From Psilocybe cubensis (Eukaryota), in assembly GCA_017499595.2 (NCBI GenBank), contig CM039007.1, positions 2,418,001-2,482,000 on the forward strand: a stretch of DNA of 64,000 bases. Reading direction: 5' to 3'. Positions within the stretch are counted from its first letter, which is position 1. The number at the start of each line of letters is the position of its first letter. Position numbers and translations under genes: made by a program. Shown here in pieces: positions 1 to 14,358 of this stretch. Below the pieces are notes generated by a model, which was not told where the DNA came from, searched no databases, and saw only the letters and a program-made list of their open reading frames with translations.

Positions 1-1073
1 CTTGTGAGTGACGCGAGCCTTGATAGTCCACACCTTTTGGGACCCGCCAAAGGCCTGAGCGCTTGGGTCGAAACCACGCGGAAAGTCGAAACGAGAGTTC
101 CGATGTGGCTGTACCAAACACTGGTAAAATAGGAAGATGGGAGAGGAGGGTGGGATCAAAAAATTTTCCCTGAAAAGATTTCGGAAAGTGAGTTCAAGAG
201 AAGGAGAAACGAAATCTCTTGGAGGAGAGGGAGAGAACCGAGAGATGGGAAAAACGAAACTTCTCGAGAGAGAGCATTATAGGACTGCACGAAATTGAAG
301 AAGGGCATTGAAGTTCAGCATCCTTCATGTCACAAAGAAGACGATCATTATCTGTCACTGGTCAGAGATCCTTTTTCTCGCTCTTATCGTATCCGTCCAT
401 GAGCTCGTCTGCGTACTCATCGTTGAAAATTTGGTAACAACAATTGAAGCCTAAAAATAGCGCGCACAATTCCGTTCAACACCATTCGCACTCCCAACGG
501 CTCAATACACTTTCGAAGGTGATTCAGAATACACCAATCCCAGATTTTTAATTATGCATGGTATTGCATTGAGGACCGTTGATGGCTAAGAGGATAGGTG
601 ATAGATACAGCAGTAAGACTCAAAAAATAACTAAAATACACTATGCTAAAAAAGAGTGATTTCGGCGCAGCAGCTGGTAGAGGCAAGATATGTAGGATGA
701 ACGAGGATCCGTGGATGTGTATTGGAAAAAAGTCCTGGGATGTGCAATGTTAGACGTAAATGGGGCATAAACTACTAGCAATTATAGTCCGCGGCATGCA
801 AGAAATGTACTGAGGGAATAGGATGTTTTGGGTAGGGTGTTGTGTGGCTCAAGCCTGCTTATTGTGCTGTTTGGGAGAGGGTGCTCCATGGGAGACGAAT
901 GCAGCAGTCAAGAGTGTGATTGGAATTTTGAGCAGGAGAGAGATTTCCGTAGGCCGTTGTCATGTAACGTCAAGGAGAAGATTCAGTGGTCCGAAGTGCA
1001 CTCGTGGTAACATGAAAAACCGAACATAAACAGCTGTTAGGTGTCGGATCTGATCATGCTTCGTTGCGTCGAC

Positions 1074-2089
1074 TCAAAGCGAGCCTCCGGAAGGCTTGGG
1101 CATGTACCGAGGGAGCGATTCCACAGGCTTCGAGATCAAATATCCCTTCAGCGCCGCCTGCTTCTCGCCCTGCCTGCCAAACCCAAACCCAGCGAACCTA
1201 GAGTCCTTTTCACTCGTCGGCTTCTGCGTGGACGCGTCGCTCGACCCAGTGTACAAGTTCGACACAAACGACGGGGGGCTCGACAGGACGGAGGACGCGA
1301 GCGGCGCAATTTTGACGGGCCCGACGTGTGTCGGAATCGCGCTCTTCGCCTGCTCACGCCAGGATGTGATGGACCGTTTGACTTTGGCGGATTCGCGGAA
1401 GATCAAACCGGCGAATACGTTCAGGCAGCCAATTGCAAAGAGGAAGAATGCAGAGACAAGAGTGAACGTATCGACGTGGTGGGAGAGCACGGCAGCACCG
1501 ATCCTATAGCGCAACACAAAAGAACTGAGCATGTCGTTCTTGGGAAAGAAAGAAACTGGGAGCAGTAATTGGACTTACAGCATCTGAATAAGTCCCAAAG
1601 CACCGAGACCGAAATCCTTCCCTAGAATAGGGAAATACCGGTTGAAGAATTTGGCAGGGAAGCCGAGCTCAGAGAGGATGAGCACGACGGCCTGGAAAAT
1701 AATGAAAAGCCTATTCAAAACCGCCCAGAAGACGCCCGCTGGCTGGTTAGGCACAGTACTTCCCCTTGATGAGGAGGAACGTGAGTACTTGGAACTAAAA
1801 TAAAGTGATTACAGATAACGTACAAGATGTAATCCATGTTCATTTCCGTGGATGTCAGTGTCGAATTCAAAGTTCCATCAGCGATCTGCTTTCCCGCGGC
1901 CATGTAGCGGTTCACGGCTTTGATGTCGTTGGAGAGCGTGACAATATTGCTGCTGAATACCAGAAGCAGTGCGATGATACTGAGGATACGAATGCCATTG
2001 AGACCGATGAAGACATCTAAACAGGAATAAGGTCAAGGCGTCTGGCAGGAGTAAAGATCAAGAAGCTCACAAGCGCGAGGAGGAAGCAT
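1074..2089 (-). CDS. Multi-exon, multi-pass membrane protein of unknown function (conserved fungal type)
   Basis: ATG at 2089 gives MLPPRA, then a GTGAG..TTAG intron, then YVFIGLNGIRILSIIALLLVFSSNIV. Further hydrophobic exons follow. The last exon lies in ORF 1074-1532 (IGAAVLSHHVDTFTLVSAFFLFAIGCLNVFAGLIFRE...GFGFGRQGEKQAALKG). Confidence 0.75.
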
Positions 2090-3226
2090 TATTGAAGCCT
2101 AGTTGTATTTAGTGTCTAATTTGAGTGTAAAGTGAAAGAGATGCAAATTGGTGAATCGTCAAGTTAGTTCGTAATCGGTGGTGTCAACGGTGGATTGGTA
2201 AAAAAAATGCAGCGTCGCTATCAAAGCGGTAGAGCGTATATAGCCTTGAAAGAAGTTGAAGAGGACCGTAAGACAAGCACCAGGCAGTAAAAGAAAGAAA
2301 AGGAAAGTGGGGAAGGAGAGAGGAATCGAAAAGTCGATCCGTGCTCGCGCTGCGTTGAACCTGTCGGAAGAAGGTGAGTAGATAAAATTGCCAGAACGCC
2401 GCAAAGTCTATTGTGCTTATATATTGGCACGGTATTACGAGTTGCATTTTGAGAGAGCCGAGTGGCATCAGCCTCGTTTCATCCCAAAGCCCGTAGAGGA
2501 CAAAAGAGTTCATTGTTCTGGTCATTGTCCAACCTGAGAAAACCGGTCAGTGCCATCGGCGGCACGCGAATTGTCACAGTCACGGCCAATGTCACGGGCC
2601 AGAACAAAGAGTGTCGACATGACAACCCCTGCCAAGGTTATTTCTGGGGCGGCGGGGCCTTATTTCATTTCTTCAACAACACGTCAATAGGTCGAGAAGC
2701 CAGGAATTAAAGCTTCGCTGAGTTGTTGGATCCATCTGTTGCCTTGTATTCTGGCAAGGTGTGTCGATGGACTACGAAGACAACAAAATAGCAAGATGTA
2801 GTGCCACGACTGCCGTCTCCGAATGAAATTTGTCATGCTTGAACAATTCGAAAGGTTCGTCAAAGAAGTACTAAGGTTACGTTAACTGAGTGTAGTAGAA
2901 TAAATCAAGTTTCAATACTTCGTTCATCAAGTTATACAAAGAGTTGTCCTTACATCTGTCTGGTATCCAATCCCGAAATGAGAATTTTAAGCCGTCAATT
3001 TCACCAAAACCTTGCGCGACTCCATTGGAATCACGACCCACGACGGGGAGTTGAAGGTCAGTGAAGGCATTGATCACTTGAAAAAGTAAAGCGATTTGGA
3101 AATGGTGTCGTTCGGTTACGTCATTTTCTTCAAGTTGAATGAGTTCATCTCATACTTCCCCGAGTCAGGACCTCGAGAAAGAAATTGAAACCATCATATT
3201 CACGAGCAACAGATTACAAATGATGT

Positions 3227-4553
3227 TCAATATTCCCAGTCCTGCACCGCGTCAATGCTCAATATTCCAGCGTCGCGAAGTCTCGCCAGATGCAAATCGC
3301 GTCGCAAAATGTCCATGAATTGTTCACGATGGGATTGGATAGCAGCATTATTGATGGTCAGATTGACCTTCTTCACAGTGGCGAGATTTGAGGAAAGAAG
3401 CGTGTCCGCTAAGTCCTGCCATGGATAATTGAAGTAAAAGTATCTCGAATCGCGCTCCAACCCCAGTCCGACTGGCCTCACATTGAAGGTGACCTCTGAC
3501 AGAGAGCCGACTGACGAAGTTGAAAGCGTTTCGAGACACCCGATCATCCATGGTATGCGACAAATATATAGCATGGCTTCCCGAGAGCAGGTAATATGCA
3601 GATCGGCGCAGAAAATCAGTCTGCGGAGCTTTTGCAATTGACCCAAGTTTATACAAGGGACATTTTGATGGGCATTAAGCACCCGGCCAATGTGCTCGTA
3701 GGCGATTTCTACAGGGTCGACTAAATGAATATTTTTACATCAGACATTGTAGGCACAAACGAGAAGACTCACAGTTCAATAGAGCGCGAATGGTGAGCAC
3801 CTCCAATGAAGCTGCGGAAAGTCCAAGAATAGGATCAAACTTGCCGATATCCGCTGAACATTGGATCGTGAGGTGTAGCTCAACAAGGTGGTCCAACGAA
3901 AAAATGGTCTGAAATTGGGGTAAATCGAAGTAGTATAGTCTGCCCAGAATCAGTGATTCCAAGGGATGTGGTGGCAAAGTCGATGTACCATCGGAGCGAG
4001 GTGCACCAACATTGTAAGAGAGATGTCTGATCCGCGATGCTGATACAACTTCAAGAGGAAATCCCAAAATGCCATGAATATGAAATGTGTGCAATTGGCT
4101 CTTGCGGAAGACGGTTTTTAAAGCATGTTGAAAATTGGAAGGAAGGGATTCCCACAGCGTCATTGTTTGCGCATAAATTGTAATTTCCTCCAATTCTTCA
4201 AAGCGAGGTAGGAGATCCTGCATCGTAGTGTCGTCCGTGATCCAACATTCATTGTGATATTCCCGAGAACAATCAATGGTCAGGCTCCGCACGTACTTCG
4301 CGATATTTGGGTGTGCTTCAATGAGTGACAATATTTTTGTGGGCTTGAGAAATTCCGAGGCGTCTTTAACGGAATCACGAACGGTGATTCTTTCACCGAC
4401 AAGCATAGACCGAAAGAGGTACAGATGGGATATCTCGTAGAAGGAGCGATTGACGAGTGAGGCCTTCTTGAGGTTGGGTTTATCACAGAAATAGAGAATT
4501 AGACCATATATTTCGTACGGGAGTTGAGGTAGGTTTTTCTCCGTCATGGTCAT
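3227..4553 (-). CDS. F-box-like protein (agaric-expanded family, N-terminal LPxE motif plus LRR/RNI-like region), 2 exons
   Basis: N-terminus LPQLPYEIYGLILYFCDKPNLKKASLVNRSFYEISHLYLF. ORFs 3735-4553 and 3227-3682 are joined in frame by a GTGAGT..TTTAG intron at ~3721-3773. Confidence 0.75.
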
Positions 4554-6050
4554 TGGAATTCAAAAGGATCCCATTGATGGACTCGAAGAAGGTTTTAGAT
4601 TGAGACCGAAGTAGGACCCAAGATTCCGTCAGTGGACGAATGTCTTTGAAATGTCTTGGGCATACTGACAATGTGGTTAGGGTTATTCACAGGTCCCCGA
4701 TTGGCAAGGCCACTGAAACAACCGTGTCATGTTTCTGTTAAGAGGAAGTTTTGATTGGCGACAACTGTTCACGGCTATACGAGTCAATCCGAAGCCAATT
4801 TTCCGCTTGTAACCTATCGGATCAGATCTTCTACAGTTGAGCTCAAGTTAAGCTCCATCTGAGCGTATCATTCACCTGTAAAGTAAGTCTGGAGTGAAGT
4901 TAATGAGCTTGTTCGAACAGGCAGATCACTCGGACCGCGCATATTTGTGTCTGGTTCGTGTCATAGAGTCAATTCATTCGTTTCTGTCGTGTTATCGAGG
5001 TCGGGACATATGTCAATCAAAAAAGCTACCGGAAATACCATTTTATGAACATTCCGATGTTCAAATGTTCAGTATCGCGAAGCCTTGCCAGATTCCGCCA
5101 CGCACAGAATGTCCTGAACTGCTGTTGGCCCTGGAAAGCCTGAGACGCTGAATAGTGACGTCATTGATGCTGAGGTCGAACTTCAATTGCTCGTTGCAAG
5201 CTCGTTGCCAAAGCAAAATAGATGTGTACGAGAGGTACGGGCAGTCAAGATTCAGTCTAGCCCCAAGAGGAAATCCAGTTAACAGAGGAGATTGGAACGC
5301 GTCCCTTAGAGATTGAAAAGGAAAGACGTCAGGACGCTACCAATTCCAGCGATTGCGAACGCAGTGATTTCTCCCAACTGAGGTAGAAGCTCTTGTATCG
5401 TAGTATCGCCTGTAGCCCATCAGTCATAGTGATCTCTGGGAGTAGAGACAGTCCAGAGGTTTCCCACATATCCTGCAATATCGAGGCGCGCCTCGACTGG
5501 CAAAAAAAGATTCCGGGTCTGATGGCTTGGGCCACATCGTCGATGTCACGAAGAACATACTCCTCAACCGCAAGAAAGTGAAAGATAAAATTGGGTGATA
5601 TCTGTGAAGATGTTGACGAGTGAGGCCATCTCAAAACCTGGCGTATCGTAGAATCAGAGAGTCAAGCCTGACAGTTTGTGTGGATGCTGACGCGGGGGCA
5701 GCGGCTTTTGATTATGCATCGTGTACGGCTTTGATGACGCAGTCAAAGAAAATAAGGTGAGAGAGTTGCAACCAGATTGGTTTTAAGACCAGTGATACGA
5801 CCAGGACGTCTCTAAATATCTGGTCGTCATTCAGGCAACGGAGACTGTCATCGTTCTGGTTCAGGAGCAAAGCGGTGTTTGGTGTTGATTGTCACAGTGA
5901 TAACACTGCGCTTTTGGCATCATCGGCGACTTGTCCCCTGACCTTTACAGCCATATTGCTACCCACCTTCTGGGATTGTCTGATCTGCGATTTACGACTA
6001 TTAGGACCCTTTACGACCTCTAGCAGAGAGTTCAACGACTATACTTACTG

Positions 6051-9000
6051 ATGTCACGGCGGAGCTATGACAGTTTTGCCCACGAGAGTCGGTTGTCCAA
6101 GTATCGGGTAACAGACGATGATTTATTCGAGTGTGTTTTATACTCTTTGTTTGATGGAGAAATTTAATTCACTTCTACTACGCAGCTATGTTCTACGCGT
6201 AGCGTGAGTCTTCTGCCTTCACCACGACCGACAGATTGATATCGATGATGCACTAGACTTTTGGCCTATCTTATGGTCCCAAAGGTGAACGAATCACCAA
6301 AAAACTCAACTACAAACGATGCCCGGGATCGCGAACATTCGTCCAGGCTCTCAGCACTCTCGAATTTTTCTATTGGAGACATGTTCAGAGACATTGGCAG
6401 CTCAAAGAGTGTCAAGTTCCCGGAGAAGATGCTCAAGATTCTGGAACAGAAGTTGCAGGATATAGCCATGGGCAAGTTGGCTGCGTGCGTGCATTATTCT
6501 AACCATATATCCTCTACTCATTCCTCTTTTTTAGGTATTCGGATCAGCTCGTGCGACGTACTATGGCCAAGTTTTGGGGACAGTTCAAGGTCGAAAGTTT
6601 CAAGCGACAGATGAAGGAGAATCGCAAGATCGAAGAGCTCATTCTCATGTTTGCAACCCATGCAACTTCGGTGCTCAAGAAGGAACCTACGCTCGCAGGC
6701 GACGGATGGAAACCTGAGCTGAACAACCAGATTGCCCATTTCATCAAGCTTCTGAGGGAATGTTTGCGCAGTGTGAATCATGTCTCCCCCGAGCTCCTAT
6801 CACGCCTCGATGCATACACGGCGAAATTGGCACCAACTTTACAACAAGGATACTCCCAAAGTGACTCGGGATACGACTCGGCTTCAACGAGGGGAGACCG
6901 GGAACCGATTCCAAGTCTCAGTGCAAGTGTCGGCGACATGCATTTGGTCAAAGTTGTAACCGACTTGTTTAAGCTTCCGGAGTCAGCTGTCCAAGAAGAG
7001 GTGGACAAGATACGTGGGTCGATTGTATCGGAAAAGGTGCGTCCACATCTCGGAGCATAGGCATGGTACTAACATTTTACCACAGGCTGCTATGACGGAC
7101 TTGAAGGTACTCAGACTTGCTCGCATGTATGATCACGGACTCATTTTTTGAAGACATGCCTCAAAAACATCGCTGCAGGAGCACCATTCCCAGGTCGACG
7201 CGAAGACTTTGACAGCGATGCAGCGTGGCATCACTGGCGCACCCTGGAGACGACGCACCTCCAGCAACTCATGGTGATCATGGTGCAGTTCAACCCTGAG
7301 CTCGCCAAATCTACCCCATCCGACATTCTCCCTGCAATTCAGACAACCAGCACTGGACGTCCTGGCTCACTGTACTCCCAAATCGAATCACCAACCGCCA
7401 CCCGACATCCATCTATCAGCAGCAGGAGGTCCATGTTCAGCGCAGACTTCAATCTCTCTTCGAATGGAGGTGGATCAATACATGAGGATAGCATTCCTGA
7501 AGATGACGATCTACCCATTGGACACCACTTCACTTTCATCCCGCCCAATCCCAAAAAATTCTACAAGCGTCTGGTGGAATTCTGCCTTATCGCGGATCTG
7601 GAGGTCATGCTCTCCCCCGAGGTAGATGACAATGATGAAGTTTCATTGGGAATTTTATCGCCTGCACATATTGAGCTAATCAATGAGTGTGCACTAAGGT
7701 GGCGGATAGGCCACTCGTATCGCGCAGCTTGTTTCTTGGACCTTGTCAAACAGTTTTATGAGCGGAATGATGTCCCAATGGAATGCATCCCAGAGGCCCT
7801 GCAGAACGTGACCAGAGTGATACACGAAACCGAGCTGGAGCTATGGCCTGTCCAGGATGTATGTCTCCTTCGAAGTCACTACCTACCAGCCGTAAATGAC
7901 TGACATTTTATTCAGATCGATTATCTCGCAAACACATATGCATCCCTTTTCAACGTCTTCCTTTCCTCCCTCTATCACTCCATGGATGCAATTCCTAACC
8001 TCAAGGTTTCAGAATTAGAACCTTACCTTGCAGTCCTCAACCATATCCGCGAATCCAGCTTGTTATCCCGCTTCGACATTGACATTGAGGCGCGCATGCA
8101 GGACGTGAAGCAACGGATACGGCAGGTGTCGGCAGAATGGTTCGACATCGTTATACACGAAAAGCAGAGCGCTCCAGGCGTGAATCGCGCGCTCCCGCTT
8201 CTGCTAATGACAGACGAGATCGAGAAAGGGGCCAAAGGGCTGGATAAAAAATTCCCTGAGCCTTTGCTGGGGTACGTGATCGTGTACTTCTGCAGCCTTG
8301 ATGCTGACGTTACTATAGGAAGATTGACATCGTGTCGCTGTTTGTTGAGATGGTCGTACCGAAGTTGATTGGAGAATTGCAGGCGTCTCAGAAAAGGCTT
8401 TTCGAGAGCTCGATGAATGGTCCTACGCCAGATGTGCCAATTCAAGATATCTTTGCGCTTTATAGACGGACAACAATGCTGATGGGGATGTATCGCGCGT
8501 TCGTGCCTGAGTATATAAATCTTTTTTTATCCACATAGTTCCTTATTGATGTTTGGACAGAGGTCCTTTTGATTTCCAGATCGCAGTGTTCTTTGAGCCT
8601 TATGTTCGTACATGGCTTACTAATACGGATAACAAGACGAAGCAGTGGGTAGAAGCGGTATGCTGTGTGCTATGTGTTCTAAATTCCACGAATGACTGAC
8701 CTTTGTTCGACACCAGGCTATCTCTCATGATAAAGTGAGTTTTACATGCCATGGCCTCCAATAGTCATTGTGTTAATTATCGTCCCCCAAGTTCGAAGCA
8801 GAAAGCGTGGAAGGACACAGTTCCTCGATCGTGGACTTGTTTGACTCTTTGCGGAGTCCTATTAATTTCCTTCAAGAATTGGAATGGGCAGACGAATACC
8901 AAGAAGGTCGCTTTTTCACGAGTCTATCAAAGGTACACTTGATCCGTTTCTTCCAGCTTCGAAAGTTGTTCATAATTGCAATACTCTCAGACGATATCTA

Positions 9001-10934
9001 AAGCCATTGACCAATACTGTCGCTCCATCGAGACGCTTTTCCTAAACGAGATGTTCCCCCGTCCCTCCGAATACATACAACCCCAAAAGTCCTCCGCATG
9101 GCTCGAAAAGGCGAAGCAACTCGCAGTGACAGGCGAGAAGCGCGTCGAGCCGTTCAACTTCCGTCCCGAATCATGCGTCAAACTTAACAACGTCGAGGCG
9201 GCACGCAAGCTGCTCGACAACATGTACAACCAGATGAAGGCAGACGAGATCGCGGAGATGCTGCGGACGGCGGCGCCCCCTGTGCCGGATAAGAAGGAGC
9301 GGGATACGTTCTTGTTCTCGGTGAAGATTGTCATTGCGGAGGGCCTGGTGCCGCTGGACAGCTCGCCGAGCTCGAAGTTGGATACATTTGTGACGTTGAG
9401 CGACGAGGCTGGGACGAGGCTGGCGAAGACGAGGACGATATATGAGTCGCTCAACCCCAGGTGTACGTCCTTTCAAAATTTCTGTTCTTTGTATGTATCT
9501 GACATCAACGATGTCGTGGACAGGGGATGAGACATTTGATCTTTCAGTCGAAAAGCCGCTTTGGCTGATGGTGTCTGTGCGGGACCGAGCACTCGTTGGC
9601 AAGCATGACATCGTGGGCCGCGCATATCTGTGTCTCGACCCACGTCGGTTCAGCGATTTCCTTGCACATGAATTATGGATGGACCTAGATACTCAAGGGC
9701 GAATTCTGGTCCGAGTGAGTATGGAAGGCGAGAAAGATGACATCCAGTTCTACTTTGGCCGAGCGTTCAGGAGTTTGAAGCGGGCAGAAGCAGACATGCT
9801 GAGGATTTTCATCGATAAAGTTTGTTTTTATATTCTTCGATTTTTTTTCTTCGAGCATTGTTCATCTTTTTTTGATACAGATGTCGCCTTTCATCCAGCA
9901 GTGTTTGTCGCGAAATGTGTTGAAGACGCTGCTCAAGTCGCGCGACGCCGGACTGGACTACAACAAAGCACTAGGAAATGTAACCGCTCTGTACCGGTCC
10001 GCGCTAGGAGCGACGTCTTCCGAGCCACAGATACCTCTACCCTCTGCAGAGAAACCGCGCGTACGACCGGAAGAGCTGACGGATGTCGAGATCGAGCAGG
10101 CTATTTTGCCTCTGTTCGACTACTTTGATGCGAACCTGCAAACCCTGAACACGTACCTGAGCGATAATGCGAAGGAGATGGTTATGACGAGGGTGTGGAA
10201 GGAGATTTTGACGGTGATTGAAGGGTTGTTGATCCCGCCATTGAGCGATATTGCTAGTGAGATGAAGCCGTTGAGTGACAAGGAAGTGGATATTGTGTTT
10301 AGATGGCTGAAGGTGTGTTTTTATCTGGTATATGAATGGCTTGTCTCTCTAAATTTGTGTTCCAAAGTTCTTGAGGGACTATTTCTACGCAAATGGAGAA
10401 GGCCCGGTCTCTCAGGAAGTGTTGAACAGTCAGAAGCACAGAGATGTTCTTTCAATACGGCTCTACTACGACTGGCATACGTAAGTCTTTTTTATTCTAT
10501 CTGCTCTATTACAACTCACAGGTGGCCTCAGCGATGCGTTGATGGAGGAGTGTGTGCGCATGATGCAGCAAAGTCTGCGCTCTGCGCCTTCAATCAAGAA
10601 ACGTGCCAAGAGTGTGTACAGCCAGCGGAATCTGGGCACCATCAAGGAGAGGAAGAAGGAAAAGAAACAGGAGACAGAGACGGCTAGTGAACAAATCATC
10701 ATGCGGATCCTGCGGATGCGGTGAGCCCCTATCTTTCTTCTTACCCTTGGAGACGCGTTGATGTGTTGTGGCCTTAGACCAAGGACCCAAGAATTTATAG
10801 CGCAACAGTTGCAAATCATGCAGACCATGCAGGCGGAGCAAGAACAACGCGCCAAGGAAGCAGAGGCGCGAAAGGCGAAACGTCAACACAATCGTGAGCA
10901 GATCCCTGCGGTCCCTCCGCTCCCTGTGCCATGA
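6051..10934 (+). CDS. Munc13-homology (MHD1/MHD2) plus C2-domain protein, Ync13/YOR296W-like, many exons
   Basis: The spliced frame starts MSRRSYDSFAHESRLSKY...YVLRVALLAYL and runs through ORFs 6551, 7148, 7982, 8976, 9442, 9872 and 10539. C2-like segment FSVKIVIAEGLVPLDSSPSSKLDTFVTLSD...KTRTIYESLNPRWDETF; MHD-like LPLFDYFDANLQTLN. Stop TGA at 10932-10934. Confidence 0.85.
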
Positions 10935-11191
10935 TTTTCCGGATATGTTGTGTGCGTACACGTATGGATGTGACTTTTTCTATTCATGGAGTCGTTAGTG
11001 GATGACTTGACTCTCGGTACATTTGTTGGACAAGACTCTTTCCTTTCTATTTTTTGCATACATTCGCCCCCTTCTATTCGCTTTCTTGATACCATTCACT
11101 TCTATTGCTGCCCTATAATCTTGGTTTTTTTCTAATGATTGATGATTAAGCGACTGCCAGCTCACCCAATAATGGAGAGGCCTCGGAGGAA

Positions 11192-11237
11192 TGAGTCACA
11201 TGATGTAAATTGCAGCAATTGACGTGTCTCTGCCACG
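11192..11237 (+). promoter_or_regulatory. Candidate bZIP/UPR elements upstream of LHS1
   Basis: TGAGTCA at 11192, TGACGTGT at 11220 and TGCCACG at 11231, 100-150 nt upstream of an ER chaperone start. They resemble Hac1/XBP1-type cores but are short motifs. Confidence 0.3.
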
Positions 11238-11340
11238 ACGGCTGTTGGACTTTGTAGAATTTGAATCTCTTCCCCGTTCCCCATTCTCGATGCCCGTCTA
11301 GATCTAACTTTTACTACCACCCACATTATAATATCCAAAA

Positions 11341-14300
11341 ATGCGGCTATTGACTCTATGGAGTCTCGTTTCTCTCTCCCTCTTAACATATCTTCCCCAG
11401 TACTCCCTGGCGTCTGTCCTCGCGATCGACTACGGCAATGACTTTATCAAGGCGTCTCTAATGAAACCCGGTGTTCCCTTCGACGTGATATTGAACAAGG
11501 ATTCTAAGAGGAAGATTAGCTCTGTAGTTGCGTGGAAGAAGGGCGACAGGCTGTTTGGACAGGACGCTTTCAACCTAGTGCGCTTTTTGAGCTATACTCT
11601 AGAAGATACAAGTCAATGCTGATCAGCTCCATAGGCTTCCAGATTCCCATCGGACACCTTTTCGTCGTTGAAACTGCTTCAAGCGTCGCCGTTTGACGCC
11701 CCTGTCGTTTCGTACTATGGCAAGGTCTCCACTTCCGACGTCGTCGAGTCCGACCGCAAGACCGTCTCTCTCGTCCAATCCGATGGCACAGAATGGGCCG
11801 TCGAAGAGCTCGTCGCGATGGAGTTTGCGTACATCAAGCACCTCGCCGAGCTTGTCGCCAACGAAAAGGTCTCCGACGTCATCGTCACCGTGCCCCCTTA
11901 TTTCTCTCAATTCGAACGTGACGCCATCGCAGACGCTATTGAGATTTCTGGCCTCAGAACGCTTGCCCTCATCAACGACGGCACAGCGGTTGCTGTGAAC
12001 TATGCGATGACGCGGACATTCTCCACACCCGAGTACCACATCATCTACGACGCCGGCGCTTCAGGGATCAGGGCCACAGTAGCCTCGTTCACCACAGCAT
12101 CCGACCCGAAGACTGGTGCTTCCGGAACGCACATCGCTGTTGCGGGAGTTGGGTATGACCGCGACCTTGGAGGAATTGAACTCGACAGGCGCATGCGTGA
12201 GATTCTCATCGAGGCCTTCAACACCAAACACAGAAGGAATATTCGAGAGGACAAACGTGGCATGGCCAAGCTTTGGAAAGAAGCTCAGCGAGTAAAAGCT
12301 ATACTGAGCGCCAATACCGAGGTCATTTCGAACATCGAAAGCTTGGCCTGGGATATCGATTTCAAAACCAAAGTCACCCGTGCACAGTTCGAGGCTGCTT
12401 GTGAAGATCTCAAGGGAGAGTTCGCCAAGCCCATTGAGAGCGCTTTGAAGAACGCTGGTTTGACTCTGGTAGGCGTTTGTCAAAAATATCTTTTTATATA
12501 CTTATTTTAAATTTGTATACAGGACAACATAACTTCCGTCATTTTGATGGGAGGATCGACGAGGACGCCCATGATTCAAGCTGCTCTCAAAGCTGCTGTT
12601 GGAGAGTGCGTAAAAATGTTTTAAACCTCCTATCAATTTTCTTATTATTTTTTTATTTATTTCAGGGACAAGATTGCCACCAACGTTAATACCGACGAAG
12701 CCGCTGTTCTTGGCGCTGCCCTTCACGGTGCCAGTCTTTCCAGGCAATTCAAGACAAAGAACATCAAAGTCAGCGACATTGGCGTGCACGATGTCCAAGT
12801 CTCGTATTTCGCCGCTCCGACGTCATCAAACACACGCCCACGTAGCATCACCACCCTGATCTTCCCCGCTGGCTCAAAGGTTGGCACGAAGAAGGTGCTC
12901 ACTTTCAAAAGAAAGGAGGACTTCTCGCTCTTCTTGGATTACAAGAACCCCGTTGCCCCTGGCTTCCCCACGCGCATGTTGGAGGTTGACCTTGGAAATG
13001 TTACAGAAGCCATCGCTAATTTGACTGAGCGGGGAGCCACCGATCCTGTGGTTAAAGCCACACTTACTCTCTCTGAATCTGGATTTGTTTCTGTTACCGA
13101 CGCAATTGCATTCGGAGAGATCAAGGACGAGAGTCTTACTGGTAAGCTGTCTATCTACTTCGTGATCCTATTGCATTCAATTTATATTTAACTAGGTAAA
13201 CTAAAAGGACTCTTCGGAGGAGGGAGCTCCTCGAGCGATGAGGCTACACAATCTGCTGAAAATGTTCCCCCTCGCGACTCTGACACTGCCTCTCCGTCGT
13301 CTTCTGCGGCTGCAGAGACTCCTTCATCGTCAGCAGCTGCCGAAAAGGACAAGAAACCTGCCGTCCCTGTAGAAAACACTATTCCCTTAACTATTTCAGT
13401 TAGATTTACGACGATACCACCCATGACCGTAGACGAAAAGAAAAAGGCGCGCGGAAGGTACATTACTGCTTGCCCAGTATCACTCATTTTGCACTACTTA
13501 CTTTTTTCTGTGCCGCAGACTACGTGCTATCGACCTCGAAGAGTCGGCCAAGAGCCGCCGCGAAGAGGCCAGGAACACGTTCGAGAGCTATCTCTATAGA
13601 CTGCGCGACCTCCTGAACGACGAGAGCGCCGACACCCCATTCAAGAAGTGCTCGCAGAGTAGCGAGAGGCAGGCCATCTCTGAGAAACTCGACGAGAGCT
13701 TCGCGTGGCTGTTTGACCGAGGTGATCTCGCCGAGACTTCACAGTTTTTGGATAAGAGGATTGCTCTTGAGTATGTCCTTGCTACCTTTTCTTTAATTGG
13801 TAGAGTGCAGTTCTGATAGGCGTTTTTGTGTATAGAACCCTAGAGAAGCCTATCATCCACCGATACCAGGAGATCGAAGCCTTCCCCCAGGCACTCAACA
13901 ACTCCCAGATGTGGAACTGGAGCACGCGTCTGTTCCTCCAAGAGGCACGGGCCAACCTCACAGCAGAGCTCGCCGCCGACCTTCCCTCCAAATGGACCAA
14001 AGACGAGCTCGACGGCCTCGAGAAGACGCTGCGTGAGCATGAGGCCTGGCTGAGCGAGTGGGTCGAGAAGCAAAAGTCGGTCAAGTCCAATGAGGACCCG
14101 GTGATTGAGACGACGGAGATGAAGGCGCGCGCCAAGGTTCTGGAGACGCACTTGCAAAAGCTGTGGAAGCGTAAGGTTCCAAAAGTTATCAAGAAGAAGC
14201 CCAAACCGACTGCGACGACGTCGGCTGAGACGCCCGTCGAAACGGATGGTGCTGCGGGTGAGGAAGAAAATGGCGAGGAGGCGCCGTTTAATGAGGGTGC

Positions 14301-14358
14301 AGGCGAGGAGGATCAGGTTCCATTGCAGGAGGATGACAGACCTCATGATGAGCTTTAA
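11341..14358 (+). CDS. LHS1: ER-lumenal Hsp70-family nucleotide exchange factor (Lhs1/GRP170/HYOU1)
   Basis: Signal peptide MRLLTLWSLVSLSLL, then VLAIDYGNDFIKASLMKPGVPFDVILNKDSKRK, VIVTVPPYFSQFER, LINDGTAVAVNY, IIYDAGA and ILMGGSTRTPMIQ. Ends in the ER-retention signal HDEL. Confidence 0.93.
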
